From an uncultured Methylomirabilota bacterium (GTDB lineage: Bacteria > Methylomirabilota > Methylomirabilia > Methylomirabilales > 2-02-FULL-66-22), in contig CAWJSJ010000002.1 in the NCBI GenBank assembly GCA_963845565.1, positions 2,176,001 to 2,240,000 on the forward strand: a DNA stretch of 64,000 nucleotides. The letters run 5' to 3'. Position numbers and translations under genes: made by a program. This document shows, piece by piece, positions 49,867-61,353 of this stretch (its first letter is position 1; each line of letters begins with the position of its first letter). Under the pieces are notes generated by a model. It saw nothing but the letters and a program-made list of their open reading frames with translations, had not been told where the DNA came from and ran no database searches.

Positions 49867-51303
49867 ATGACGGACATTCGATTTGGAACCGATGGCTGGC
49901 GCGGGATCATCGCGGACGATGTGACCTTCGCGACCGTGCGGCTCACGACGCGGGCGATCGCGCGGCGAGTCCGCGTCGAGGCGGGGAGCGCCGGCGTGCC
50001 GCACGTCCTGGTCGGGTATGACACGCGATTCCTCTCCCGGGAGTTTGCGCAGGCGGCGGCAGAGGCGATGGCGGCGGAAGGGGTGCGGGTGAGTCTGGCG
50101 GACCGGTTCGCGCCGACCCCGGCGTTCTCGTACGCGGTGGTGCGACTGCGCGCGGCCGGGGCCGTGGTGATCACGGCCAGCCACAATCCGCCGCAGTACA
50201 GCGGGGTCAAATTCAAGGCGAGCTTCGGAGGATCGGCGCCCGTCTCGTTCACCCGCGGCGTGGAGGAGGAGATCCGACGACTGGAGGCCGAAGCGGCCCA
50301 GCCGGCAGCCGGCAGCGGGCAGCCGGCAGCGATCGATGTCTTCGACGCGCGCGAGCCGTGGCTCGATCGGCTCGAAGCCTTGGTGGATATCTCGCGCATC
50401 GGGCGGAGCGGGATCCGGGTGGCGCTGGATGTGATGTACGGCGCGGGCCAGGGACTCCTGGCCGCGCGACTACGAAAAGCGGGTTGCGAGGTCCGTGAGC
50501 TGCACGCGGAGGTCAACCCGAACTTCGGCGGACTTCACCCGGAACCGATCCTGCCGTACATGGGTCCGCTGATCGACCATGTGCGGGGCTGGGATGGACC
50601 GGGCATCCGCGTGGGGTTCGCCTTCGACGGGGACAGCGACCGGATCGCCCCGGTGGACGAGGAGGGTGCCATCGTCACCCCGCACCAGGTTCTGGCACTC
50701 CTGGTCCGGCACCTGGCGCGCAATCGCCACCAGCAGGGGGCGATCGTCAAGTCGGTGAACATCGGCCACATGGTGGATCTGGAGGCCGCGGCGCTGGGGT
50801 TGCCGCTGGTGGTCACCCCGATCGGGTTCAAGTTCATCGCCGCGGCCATGCAGGAACAGGACGCGCTGGTGGGCGGGGAGGAGAGCGGCGGCTTCGCCGT
50901 GCGCGGTCACATCCCCGAACGGGACCCGGGACTCATCTGCCTCCTGCTGCTGGAGTGCATGGCGGCGACGGGGAAGTCGCTGGGGACCCTGGTCCGGGAA
51001 ATGGAGTCGGACTACGGCACCCACCGGTACGGCCGCGTGGACCTCCGGCTGGCCACGCTGGCCGATCGGGACCGCGTGGTGGCGCAGGTGACGAACGCCC
51101 CACCGACACGGCTGCTCGATCAACTCGTGCGGCAGGTGGACACGCTGGACGGCGTCAAGCTGATCCGGGCCGATCAGAGCTGGGTCATGCTGCGGGCGTC
51201 GGGGACGGAGCCGCTCCTCCGGATCTACGCCGAGGCCTCCACGGAGACCGAGGTCGAGGCGCTCCTGGCCTGGGGGCGGGAGCTCGCGACGGGGAAGGAG
51301 TAA
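49867..51303 (+). CDS. Phosphoglucomutase/phosphomannomutase
   Basis: FGTDGWRG, TASHNP, DGDSDR, GGEESGG, RASGTEP. Confidence 0.95.
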   Translation: MTDIRFGTDGWRGIIADDVTFATVRLTTRAIARRVRVEAGSAGVPHVLVGYDTRFLSREFAQAAAEAMAAEGVRVSLADRFAPTPAFSYAVVRLRAAGAVVITASHNPPQYSGVKFKASFGGSAPVSFTRGVEEEIRRLEAEAAQPAAGSGQPAAIDVFDAREPWLDRLEALVDISRIGRSGIRVALDVMYGAGQGLLAARLRKAGCEVRELHAEVNPNFGGLHPEPILPYMGPLIDHVRGWDGPGIRVGFAFDGDSDRIAPVDEEGAIVTPHQVLALLVRHLARNRHQQGAIVKSVNIGHMVDLEAAALGLPLVVTPIGFKFIAAAMQEQDALVGGEESGGFAVRGHIPERDPGLICLLLLECMAATGKSLGTLVREMESDYGTHRYGRVDLRLATLADRDRVVAQVTNAPPTRLLDQLVRQVDTLDGVKLIRADQSWVMLRASGTEPLLRIYAEASTETEVEALLAWGRELATGKE

Positions 51304-51309
51304 CGGATC

Positions 51310-51768
51310 ATGGCGCAGGTGCGGGCAGGCGCAACGGGGACGGCGTTGGGCGGCGTCAAGAGCCGGCCGATCGAGGAAGAACGGCGGCCCTGGGGCAGCT
51401 TCCACACCCTGGAAGAGGGGCCCGGGTACAAAGTCAAGCGACTGGTGATCCGGCCCGGCCAGCGGCTGAGCCTGCAGAAACACCGGCACCGAAGCGAGCA
51501 CTGGGTCGTGGTGGCGGGCACGGCGACGGTCACGAACGGGGCGCAGCTCCTCCGTTTGGGGCGGCGTGCCTGCACGGTGATTCCTCGACAGGCCTGGCAC
51601 CGGATCGAGAATCGCGGACGGACGCCCGTGGTGGTGATCGAGGTGCAGCACGGCGCGTATCTCGGCGAGGACGACATCATCCGGAAACAGGACGATTACG
51701 GGAGAGCCGCGAGCCGCGAATCGCGAGCCGCGACCCCGCCAACACGCACCAGGGAGAGGCGAGGATGA
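51310..51768 (+). CDS. Mannose-6-phosphate isomerase type II C-terminal cupin
   Basis: RPWG, LSLQKHRHRSEHWVVV, IEVQHGAYLGEDDI. Confidence 0.9.
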   Translation: MAQVRAGATGTALGGVKSRPIEEERRPWGSFHTLEEGPGYKVKRLVIRPGQRLSLQKHRHRSEHWVVVAGTATVTNGAQLLRLGRRACTVIPRQAWHRIENRGRTPVVVIEVQHGAYLGEDDIIRKQDDYGRAASRESRAATPPTRTRERRG

Positions 51769-52826
51769 ACCGGCTTTTCGTTGTGGTCCTTGCCGGCGGA
51801 AGCGGGGAGCGATTCTGGCCGCTCTCGACGCCGAGTCACCCGAAGCAGTTCCCGCCCCTCCTCGACGGGCAGAGCTTCTTCCAGCGGACCGTCGAGCGCG
51901 CCGCGCACTTGGTCGGTCAGGAAAGGGTCCTGGTCGCGACGCGGCGGGAACTGCTGCCGATCGTCCAGCACCAGCTCCCGGGATTCCCGGCGGCGAACTG
52001 TCTGCTGGAGCCGGTCGGACGGGACACGGCGGCGTGCATCGGTTTGGCCGCGCTAGCGGTCGAGACGCGCCTGCCCGGGGCCCGGATGCTGGTGACCCCC
52101 TCGGATCATTTCATCGAGCCGTTCCACGCCTTCGAAGAGACCGTCCGTCAGGGTCTCCAGTTGCTGGATCGGGTGGAGGGCCTGGTGACGCTCGGCATCC
52201 CCCCCACGGGACCGGAGACGGGATATGGGTATATCCTGGCCGGGGAGGCTGTGCCGGCGCATCCGGCGGCGCGCCGGTGCGACCGGTTCACGGAGAAGCC
52301 CGACCGGACGACCGCGGAGCGGTTCGTGGCGGACGGCCGGTACTACTGGAACAGCGGCATCTTTCTCTGGCGGGCGGAGACGCTGCTCGGGGCGATGGCT
52401 CAGTATCTGCCGGAGCACTGGCGGGCGCTGGAAGAGATCCGCCCGGCGCTCGGCGCGGCCAGCGAGGCAGAGGTCCTGGATCGGGTCTTTCCACGGATGC
52501 CGCGGGTGTCGGTGGATGTCGGCATCCTGGAGCGGGCGGACGACGTCTACATGATCCCGGCGACCTTCAGCTGGGACGACGTCGGCGCCTGGAGCGCTCT
52601 CGGGCGCATCCTGCCGCGGGATGACTCCGGGAACGCCGTGGTTGGCCGCCATACCGGTCGGGACAGTCATGGGTGTGTGGTCTATGCGACAACCAGACCC
52701 GTGGGGACCATCGGGCTCCGGGACATCGTGGTGGTGGAGACGCCCGAGGGGATCCTGGTCTGTCCCAAAGAGCGAGCCCAAGAGGTGAAGGATCTGGTGC
52801 GCGCCATGCGGGAGCAAAAGCCATGA
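51765..52826 (+). CDS. manC: Mannose-1-phosphate guanylyltransferase
   Basis: LAGGSGERFWPLS..PKQF, EPVGRDTA, PSDH, ETGYGYI, FTEKPD, WNSGIF, WDDVG. Confidence 0.92.
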   Translation: MNRLFVVVLAGGSGERFWPLSTPSHPKQFPPLLDGQSFFQRTVERAAHLVGQERVLVATRRELLPIVQHQLPGFPAANCLLEPVGRDTAACIGLAALAVETRLPGARMLVTPSDHFIEPFHAFEETVRQGLQLLDRVEGLVTLGIPPTGPETGYGYILAGEAVPAHPAARRCDRFTEKPDRTTAERFVADGRYYWNSGIFLWRAETLLGAMAQYLPEHWRALEEIRPALGAASEAEVLDRVFPRMPRVSVDVGILERADDVYMIPATFSWDDVGAWSALGRILPRDDSGNAVVGRHTGRDSHGCVVYATTRPVGTIGLRDIVVVETPEGILVCPKERAQEVKDLVRAMREQKP

Positions 52827-52839
52827 TGCCGTAATCCGC

Positions 52840-53173
52840 GACGGCTCGTCTCTGCACCTACCGCCCCCGGATGCGCCCCCACGACGGCCGGGTGGTCTTC
52901 AACTTCCTGGTCTGGCTCCTATTCTCCACGGAATCGGATCCCGTCAACCTCGGCAACCCCACCGAGTGGAACATCCGAGAGCTGGTCACCACCCTCGAGA
53001 CCCCCTTGGGCCGAGCCCTCCCCATGACCGTCCATCCCCTCCCCACCGATGATCCGAAGGTCCGGCAGCCCGACATCATCCGGGCTCGGACGCTGCTCGG
53101 GTGGGAACCGACCATCGATCTGGCGACGGGGCTGCGCGAGACGTTGGGGTATTTTCAGCAGCACTCCCGGTGA
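52840..53173 (+). pseudogene. Remnant of a UDP-glucuronate decarboxylase (UXS-like) gene
   Basis: TYRPRMRPHDGRVVFNFLV is joined directly to …DPVNLGNPTE…DDPKVRQPDI. The N-terminal Rossmann fold and the GDGxQTR segment are absent. Confidence 0.75.
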
Positions 53174-53356
53174 GTGCGCCGCAGCACCCGCGGCGGGTCA
53201 AGCGATGACGGCGGCACGGGCGAGAAACCCGGTGCCGCCGTTCGCGTTGAGGCGTCATCGAGATCGGAATGCGCCTGATCGAGTGGGAGATGGCGGTTGA
53301 ATTTCGGCAAAAAGTACGATAGCGTAGCCGGCGTTTCGACGAGGGGTTGGCGCAAT

Positions 53357-54343
53357 ATGACAGGGAAGAACCTGCAGCAATACGTGGATCGCTTCGGGGC
53401 ATCTCGCGTGCTCGTGTTGGGCGACGTGATGCTGGACGAGTATGTCTGGGGCGCCGTGTCCCGGATCTCGCCCGAGGCCCCCGTGCCGGTGGTCGCGGTC
53501 CGGTCGGAAAGTCTGCGGGTCGGCGGCGCCGGCAACGTCGCGACCAACATCGCGGCGCTGGGGGGTCGGGTGGAGATCGTGGGCGTGGTTGGGACCGACG
53601 CGGCGGCCGCGCGGTTGACCGACGAGATGGAACGGGCCGGCGTCAAGGCGAATGGCCTGGTCGCGGATGGGTCGCGACCGACCACGATCAAGAGTCGTGT
53701 GGTCGCAGGCAGCCAGCACGTCGTCCGGTTTGATCGGGAAAGCGACGCCCCTCTCGCCCGTGCCGTGCGGGAGCGGGTCATCCAACAGATCCGCGAACGT
53801 TTGCCGGAAGCGGACGTCCTGCTCATCTCCGATTACGCCAAAGGGGTGGTCGGTGCGAGCCTCGTGCGCGAGGTGCTGGCCTTGGCCGCTCGCCTGAAGA
53901 AGCCGGTGACGGTGGACCCCAAGGTCCAGCACGTGACGCTGTTCCGGGGCGCGACGGTGATCGCTCCGAATCATCACGAAGCGGCCGCCGCGGCGCGGAT
54001 CCTGGTACGGGATGAGGCGGATTTCTTGCGCGTCGGTCAACGGCTGCTCGCGCGCCTGAAGGCGCGGGCTGTGCTGATCACGCGGGGCGAGCAGGGCATG
54101 TCGCTCTTCGAGGTGGGCCGTGCGGTGACTCACATCCCGACCTTCGCACGCGAGGTCTACGACGTGACCGGGGCCGGGGATACGGTGATGGCGGTCCTGA
54201 CGCTGGCGCTGGCAGCCGGAGCGCCCATGCGCGACGCGGCGGTGCTGGCGAACTATGGGGCCGGCGTGGTGGTCGGGAAGCGCGGGACGGCGACGGTCAA
54301 CCGCGGTGAACTGGTGCGGGCGATTCGGGATGGAAAGGCGTGA
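53357..54343 (+). CDS. rfaE1: D-glycero-beta-D-manno-heptose-7-phosphate kinase (RfaE domain I)
   Basis: GDVMLDEY, RISPEAPVPV, GGAGNVA, SDYAKG, DVTGAGDT. Confidence 0.93.
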   Translation: MTGKNLQQYVDRFGASRVLVLGDVMLDEYVWGAVSRISPEAPVPVVAVRSESLRVGGAGNVATNIAALGGRVEIVGVVGTDAAAARLTDEMERAGVKANGLVADGSRPTTIKSRVVAGSQHVVRFDRESDAPLARAVRERVIQQIRERLPEADVLLISDYAKGVVGASLVREVLALAARLKKPVTVDPKVQHVTLFRGATVIAPNHHEAAAAARILVRDEADFLRVGQRLLARLKARAVLITRGEQGMSLFEVGRAVTHIPTFAREVYDVTGAGDTVMAVLTLALAAGAPMRDAAVLANYGAGVVVGKRGTATVNRGELVRAIRDGKA

Positions 54344-54380
54344 GCGGCGGGTCGCGAGCCACGAGCCGAGAGGACGCGGC

Positions 54381-55114
54381 ATGAAGCCGCGCATTGTCGG
54401 CATCATCCCCGCGCGGTATGCCTCCAGCCGGTTTCCCGGCAAGGCGCTGGCGGAGCTCGCCGGGAAGCCGATGGTGCAGCATGTGGTCGAGCGGGCCGTC
54501 CGGGCGACGCTCCTCGACGAGGTGTTGGTCGCGACCGACGATCCGCGGATCGCCGACGCGGTGCGTCGGTTCGGCGGCACGGCGTGCATGACGGCGCCGA
54601 CGCACCCGTCCGGGACCGATCGCATCGCCGAGGTGGTGCGGGACATGGCCTGCGACTTGGTCGTAAACATCCAGGGGGACGAACCGCTCATCGAGCCGTC
54701 GGTCATCGATCAGGCGGTGGCACCGCTGGCGGAGGATCCGTCCATCGGCATGGGAACCCTGGCGCGCCCCATGGGAGTGGACGAGGCCGCGGATCCCAGC
54801 AAGGTCAAGGTCGTGCTCGACCGCCAGGGGTTCGCCCTGTACTTCTCGCGCGCCCGGATCCCGCACATCCGGGACGACGCGCCACCGCCGACGGAGCGGC
54901 CCTACCTGCTCCACATGGGGTTGTACGCGTACCGGCGGGACACGCTGCTCCGGTTGGCCGCCCTGGCGCCGACCCCGCTGGAAGAGCGCGAACGACTGGA
55001 ACAACTGCGGGCGCTGGAGCACGGTATCCGCATCCGCGTGGTGACCACGGAGCACCAGAGTTTCGGGGTGGATACCCCCGCCGATCTGGAGCGGGTCCGG
55101 CGGATGATGCAGGA

Positions 55115-55127
<13 letters not shown>
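54381..55127 (+). CDS. kdsB: 3-deoxy-manno-octulosonate cytidylyltransferase
   Basis: IPARYASSRFPGK, SGTDR, NIQGDEP, LYFSR, ERLEQLRALE. Confidence 0.96.
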
Positions 55128-56831
<1,704 letters not shown>

Positions 56832-56850
56832 CCATGGACCGCTGACGACG

Positions 56851-56893
56851 AACCACCGGTCAACCCGGCAGCTCGGTGACCGGTGGTTTTTTT
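56851..56893 (+). terminator. Rho-independent terminator after pyrG
   Basis: AACCACCGGTCA…TGACCGGTGGTT stem followed by a T tract. Confidence 0.75.
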
Positions 56894-56974
56894 GTGTGGT
56901 CGTGTACGCGAGTGCTTCGGTCGGCCCCCGCAGCCACCGCCGCGGGGGAAGATGGACGTGGAGGGCGGTCGCCC

Positions 56975-58765
56975 ATGACGCCGCAAGTGTTCCGGGGCAT
57001 CGGGGTCTCGCCGGGCGTCGCCATCGGACGGGCGCTGGTGGTCGAGGCGCGTCGGCCGCACGCCAAGCGCGAGATACTGGACGCGGCCCGCGTTCCCACC
57101 GAGGTGACTCGGCTCCGAAAGGCGCTGGACGATGCCCGCCACCAGATCGTGGAGGTGCAGGGGCGGATCGCCAAAGAGGTGGGCGCCCAATACGCCCGGA
57201 TCTTCGACGCCCACCTGCTGATCCTGGAAGACCGACTGCTGGCCGAAGAGGCGATCGCGTTCATCCAGACGCAGCGGGTGAACGCGGAATACGCGGTCCA
57301 GGAGGTCCTGGAGCCGGTGCGCCAGGCCTTCTCGCGGGTCGAGGACGGGTATCTTCGCGAGCGCCGCAGCGATGTGGACGACGTCGGCGAGCGGATCCTG
57401 CGAAATCTCCTCGGCCAGCGGCCCAGCATCCAGGTGGAGCGACCCGGAGAGACGATCCTCTTTGCCCATGAACTGACCCCCTCCGACACGGCAACGCTCC
57501 AGCGGGATACGGTCCTGGGGGTGGCCACCGAGACGGGCGGCCGCACCTCGCACAGCGCCATCATGGCGCGTTCGCTGGAAATCCCCGCCGTCGTCGGCGT
57601 GGAGAACATCTGCGCCCACGTCCGGGACCAGGACACGGTGATCCTGGATGGCCTCGAGGGGCTGGTGATCCTGACCCCGGACCGGGAGATCCTCGGCCAC
57701 TACCACGCCCGCAAGCAGCACCTGGAATACGTCGGCCGCGCCCTGCACAAGCTGGGGAGTCTCCCGGCGGAGACCCAGGACGGCTACCGGGTCCGGGTGA
57801 CCGCCAACATCGAGTTCCCCGCCGAGCTTCCCCAGGCCAAGACCCACGGGGCGGAAGGGATCGGGTTGTATCGCAGCGAGTTTCTCTACCTCAACCGGCA
57901 CGATCTTCCGGCGGAGGAGGAGCATTTCGCCGTCTACCGCGCCGTGGCGGCGGAGATGCATCCGCGGCCCACGATCATTCGCACGCTGGACTTCGGCGGT
58001 GACAAGCTGGCGTCGGCCATCCATCTGGCGACGGAGGAGAATCCGTCGCTGGGGCTCCGCGCCATCCGTCTGTGCCTGCACCGGCCGGAAATGTTTCGCG
58101 GGCAGCTGCGGGCCATCCTTCGAGCCAGCGCCTTCGGACCGCTGCGGATCATGTATCCCATGATCTCAGGGGTGGCCGAGGTTCGCGCCGCCAACGCCCT
58201 GCTGGACGAAGCAAAAGCGGAGCTAACCAAGGCGGGCGTCCCGTTCGATCCCAAGATCCAGGTGGGGGCCATGATTGAGATCCCCTCCGCCGCCGTGATC
58301 GCCGATCTTCTGGCCAGGGAAGTGGACTTCTTCAGCGTCGGGACCAACGATCTGATCCAGTACGCCCTGGCGATCGACCGGATCAACGAGCAGGTGGCCT
58401 ATCTGTACGAGCCGCTCCATCCGGCCGTGCTGCGGATGCTGCGGAGCGTGGTCAGCGCCGCCCACAACGAGGGAATCTGGGTCTCCATGTGCGGGGAGAT
58501 GGCCGGGGATCCCATCTATAGCCTCCTCCTGGTGGGATTGGGATTCGACGAACTCTCCATGACGCCGGCCTCCATCCCGCTGGTCAAGCGCATCGTCCGG
58601 TCCATCACCTACGGACAGGCCGCCGACCTGGCGCACCGGCTCTTCGGCTGCGCCACGGCGCAGGAAGTGGAGCGATTGCTGCGTCACGAGATGCGGACCC
58701 GCTTCCCTGAGTACATCTCGGGGACGCCCACGATCCACGCCGAGGGGCGTTCGGGCTCCGCCTGA
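56975..58765 (+). CDS. ptsI: PTS enzyme I (PEP-protein phosphotransferase)
   Basis: GGRTSHSAIMARS, GIGLYRSEF, EENPSLGLRAIR, DFFSVGTNDLIQY, CGEMAGD. Confidence 0.96.
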   Translation: MTPQVFRGIGVSPGVAIGRALVVEARRPHAKREILDAARVPTEVTRLRKALDDARHQIVEVQGRIAKEVGAQYARIFDAHLLILEDRLLAEEAIAFIQTQRVNAEYAVQEVLEPVRQAFSRVEDGYLRERRSDVDDVGERILRNLLGQRPSIQVERPGETILFAHELTPSDTATLQRDTVLGVATETGGRTSHSAIMARSLEIPAVVGVENICAHVRDQDTVILDGLEGLVILTPDREILGHYHARKQHLEYVGRALHKLGSLPAETQDGYRVRVTANIEFPAELPQAKTHGAEGIGLYRSEFLYLNRHDLPAEEEHFAVYRAVAAEMHPRPTIIRTLDFGGDKLASAIHLATEENPSLGLRAIRLCLHRPEMFRGQLRAILRASAFGPLRIMYPMISGVAEVRAANALLDEAKAELTKAGVPFDPKIQVGAMIEIPSAAVIADLLAREVDFFSVGTNDLIQYALAIDRINEQVAYLYEPLHPAVLRMLRSVVSAAHNEGIWVSMCGEMAGDPIYSLLLVGLGFDELSMTPASIPLVKRIVRSITYGQAADLAHRLFGCATAQEVERLLRHEMRTRFPEYISGTPTIHAEGRSGSA

Positions 58766-59075
58766 GTTGTCAGGAGATCAGGACGAATCCGTCTCCGCGA
58801 CGGTTTCTCCCTGGACGAGGCGTCGGGGGGCGGAGAAGAATCCGCACATCGGTGCATGCAGGTGCGGTAGGCCCGTCGGGGGCCGGCGATCGGAACCATC
58901 GCAGGCCGCGGGCGGGGAAGGGGGTGAGAGCGCGCCGGCGTAGTTGTGGTGCCGAGGCGCGAGCGCCGTTGACGGCATCCGGTGTCTGCCGGGGGATCCA
59001 GCAAAGACCGAGCGCCGTGATGCTGCGGTTTCGGTCCGTTCGGGGTTCGTACCATATATGAAGGAGGGATGCGCC

Positions 59076-60329
59076 ATGAAACGGATGTTACTGGTCGCTC
59101 TGCTGGTTGCGGTGGGCGTGACGCTGTGGGGATCGCTGGTTCAGGCGGGTGAGAAGGTGGCCGAGGTCACGATCGGCTCGGTGCTGTCGCTGTCGGGCGG
59201 CGCGGCAAACCAGGGGGTGCAGACGAAGACCGGAGCGATCATCGCTGCCGACGAGATCAACGCCAAGGGCGGCATTCGCGCACTGGGCGGGGCCAAGATC
59301 AAGCTCATCTTCGGCGACTCCCAAAGCAAACCGGATGTGGGCGCTTCCGAGACGGAGCGCATCATCCAGCGCGAGAACGTGCCGGTGATGTTCGGCGCCT
59401 ACCAGAGTGCGGTGACGATGGTAGCCACCGAGGTGGCCGAGCGGTACAAGGTGCCTTGGCTGGTGACCGGCTCCGTCGCCGACAAGATCACCGAGCGGGG
59501 CTTCAAGTATGTCTTCCGCCCCAACAACAAGGCCACCTACGACGCCAAGGAGCAGCTCGACGCGATCGCTACACTGGCCAAGGAGACAGGGAAGGGCCCC
59601 AAGTCCATCGGGATCCTGGTGGAGGGGACCGACTGGGGCAAGTCGCACGCCGCCAACCTGCGGGCCCAGGCCAAAGAGAAGAACTTCGAGATCGTCTTCG
59701 ACGAGGCCTATTCCCCCGGCACTGTGGACTTCTCGGCCCAGATCCTGAAAATCAAATCCCGGAAGCCCGAGGCGCTGGTCCTCGCCATGTACACCCCGGA
59801 CCACATCGTTTTTACCAAGCAGACCTACGAAGGGCGGCTGGACATCCCCTACGGCATTCACTCGGTGGGGGCGGGCTCCGAGGATCCGAACTTCTACAAA
59901 GCGGTGCCCGCCCAGGCCATCGAATACATGTTCGTGCAGGAAGACTTCCAGATCGACATGGTCGAGCTGAACGACTGGGCCAAGCCCGTCGACAAGAAGT
60001 TCCGGGAGGCGCTGGGGTACGAGCTGACCAGCTACGGCGCGCAGGGCTACTCGGCGATCTACACCATCGTTGACGTCCTCGAGCGGGCCGGCTCGATCGA
60101 CAAGGAAAAGGTGCGCGCCGCCTTCGCGGCGACCAACATCACCAGCGGGCCGGCGCCGGGGATCATGGGCTGGCAGAAGATCGCCTTCGACACGAACGGC
60201 CAGAACGTGGACGCCCACGGAGTGATCTCCCAGAACTTCAAGGGCAAGCGGACCACCATCTGGCCGGTGGCCAACCGGCCCAAGGGGATCAAGCCCGTCT
60301 GGCCGATTCCTGCGTGGAAGGATCGGTAG
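59076..60329 (+). CDS. Branched-chain amino acid-type ABC substrate-binding protein
   Basis: Signal peptide, EINAKGGI…GAKIKL, GAYQSAVT, DFSAQILKIK. Confidence 0.92.
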   Translation: MKRMLLVALLVAVGVTLWGSLVQAGEKVAEVTIGSVLSLSGGAANQGVQTKTGAIIAADEINAKGGIRALGGAKIKLIFGDSQSKPDVGASETERIIQRENVPVMFGAYQSAVTMVATEVAERYKVPWLVTGSVADKITERGFKYVFRPNNKATYDAKEQLDAIATLAKETGKGPKSIGILVEGTDWGKSHAANLRAQAKEKNFEIVFDEAYSPGTVDFSAQILKIKSRKPEALVLAMYTPDHIVFTKQTYEGRLDIPYGIHSVGAGSEDPNFYKAVPAQAIEYMFVQEDFQIDMVELNDWAKPVDKKFREALGYELTSYGAQGYSAIYTIVDVLERAGSIDKEKVRAAFAATNITSGPAPGIMGWQKIAFDTNGQNVDAHGVISQNFKGKRTTIWPVANRPKGIKPVWPIPAWKDR

Positions 60330-60395
60330 TCCGGTCGTCTGTCTGACCCGGCGGGAGAGTCGCGCGATTCTCCCGCCGGGCCTTGCGGCGCGCCA

Positions 60396-60440
60396 AGCCG
60401 TTGTCAACGAATAACGTGACCGGAGAAATTAGGAGACGGC
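60396..60440. repeat. Dispersed element family B, half copy overlapping the livH RBS
   Basis: AGCCGTTGTCAACGAATAACGTGACCGGAGAAATTAGGAGACGGC followed directly by ATG. Confidence 0.7.
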
Positions 60441-61331
60441 ATGGACCCGATCATCCTGGGGATCGCGGTCGTCAACGGCATCGTGGTGGGCGGGCTGTAC
60501 GGGGCCATCGCCATCGGGCTCAGCCTGATCTTCGGCGTCATGCGCGTGATCAACTTTGCCCACGGCTCCTTCCTGATGGTCGGCCTCTTCATCCCCTACT
60601 GGCTCTGGCAGTTCTTCCGTGTCAACCCCTACGTTTCCATCCTGGTGGCTGCTCCAGCCCTCTTCGGACTCGGCTACGCCATCCAGGCGTTTCTGATCGC
60701 CCCACTGTACAAGCGGGAGCGGGCCATGGTCCTGGAGCCTCTGTCGGCCCTGATGCTGACTGCGGGCGTCGGGCTGATCATGGACAACCTAACCTTCATG
60801 GTCTTCGGGCCCGACTTCCGCGGCATCACCCTGGACTTCGCCTCCAAGGCCCTGTGGATCGGCGACATGCTGAACATCAACTACACGCGACTCATTGCCT
60901 TCCTGGCCAGCCTGGCCATCACTGTGATCCTGAGTCTATTCCTGGCCCGGACCGACATGGGCCGGGCCATCCGGTCCACGGCGCAGAATCGCGACGCCGC
61001 CTCGCTGTGCGGAATCAACGTCATGCGGATCTACAACGTGACGTTCGGGCTGGGCTGCGCGATCCTGGGCGTCGTGGGCTGTCTGATGATCCCCTTCTAC
61101 CTGGTCAGCCCCTCCATCGGTCTAGCCTTCGGCATCCGCTCCTTCATCACGGTGGTGCTGGGCGGCATTGGGAGCATCCCGGGCTGCATCCTGGGAGGGT
61201 TGGTCCTGGGCGTGGTGGAGTCGGTGGCGGCCCAGTTCGTCACGGCCACCTCGGCCTCCATCTTCTCCTTCGTGATCTTTATCCTGGTCCTGTTCTTCCG
61301 GCCCACGGGCCTTCTGGGCATGAAGGTCTGA
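60441..61331 (+). CDS. livH: Branched-chain ABC permease (LivH-like)
   Basis: GLSLIFGVMRVINFAHG, GRAIRS, VLGGIGS, RPTGL. Confidence 0.9.
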   Translation: MDPIILGIAVVNGIVVGGLYGAIAIGLSLIFGVMRVINFAHGSFLMVGLFIPYWLWQFFRVNPYVSILVAAPALFGLGYAIQAFLIAPLYKRERAMVLEPLSALMLTAGVGLIMDNLTFMVFGPDFRGITLDFASKALWIGDMLNINYTRLIAFLASLAITVILSLFLARTDMGRAIRSTAQNRDAASLCGINVMRIYNVTFGLGCAILGVVGCLMIPFYLVSPSIGLAFGIRSFITVVLGGIGSIPGCILGGLVLGVVESVAAQFVTATSASIFSFVIFILVLFFRPTGLLGMKV

Positions 61332-61353
61332 CGTCCCGCGGGACAGAGGAGCC

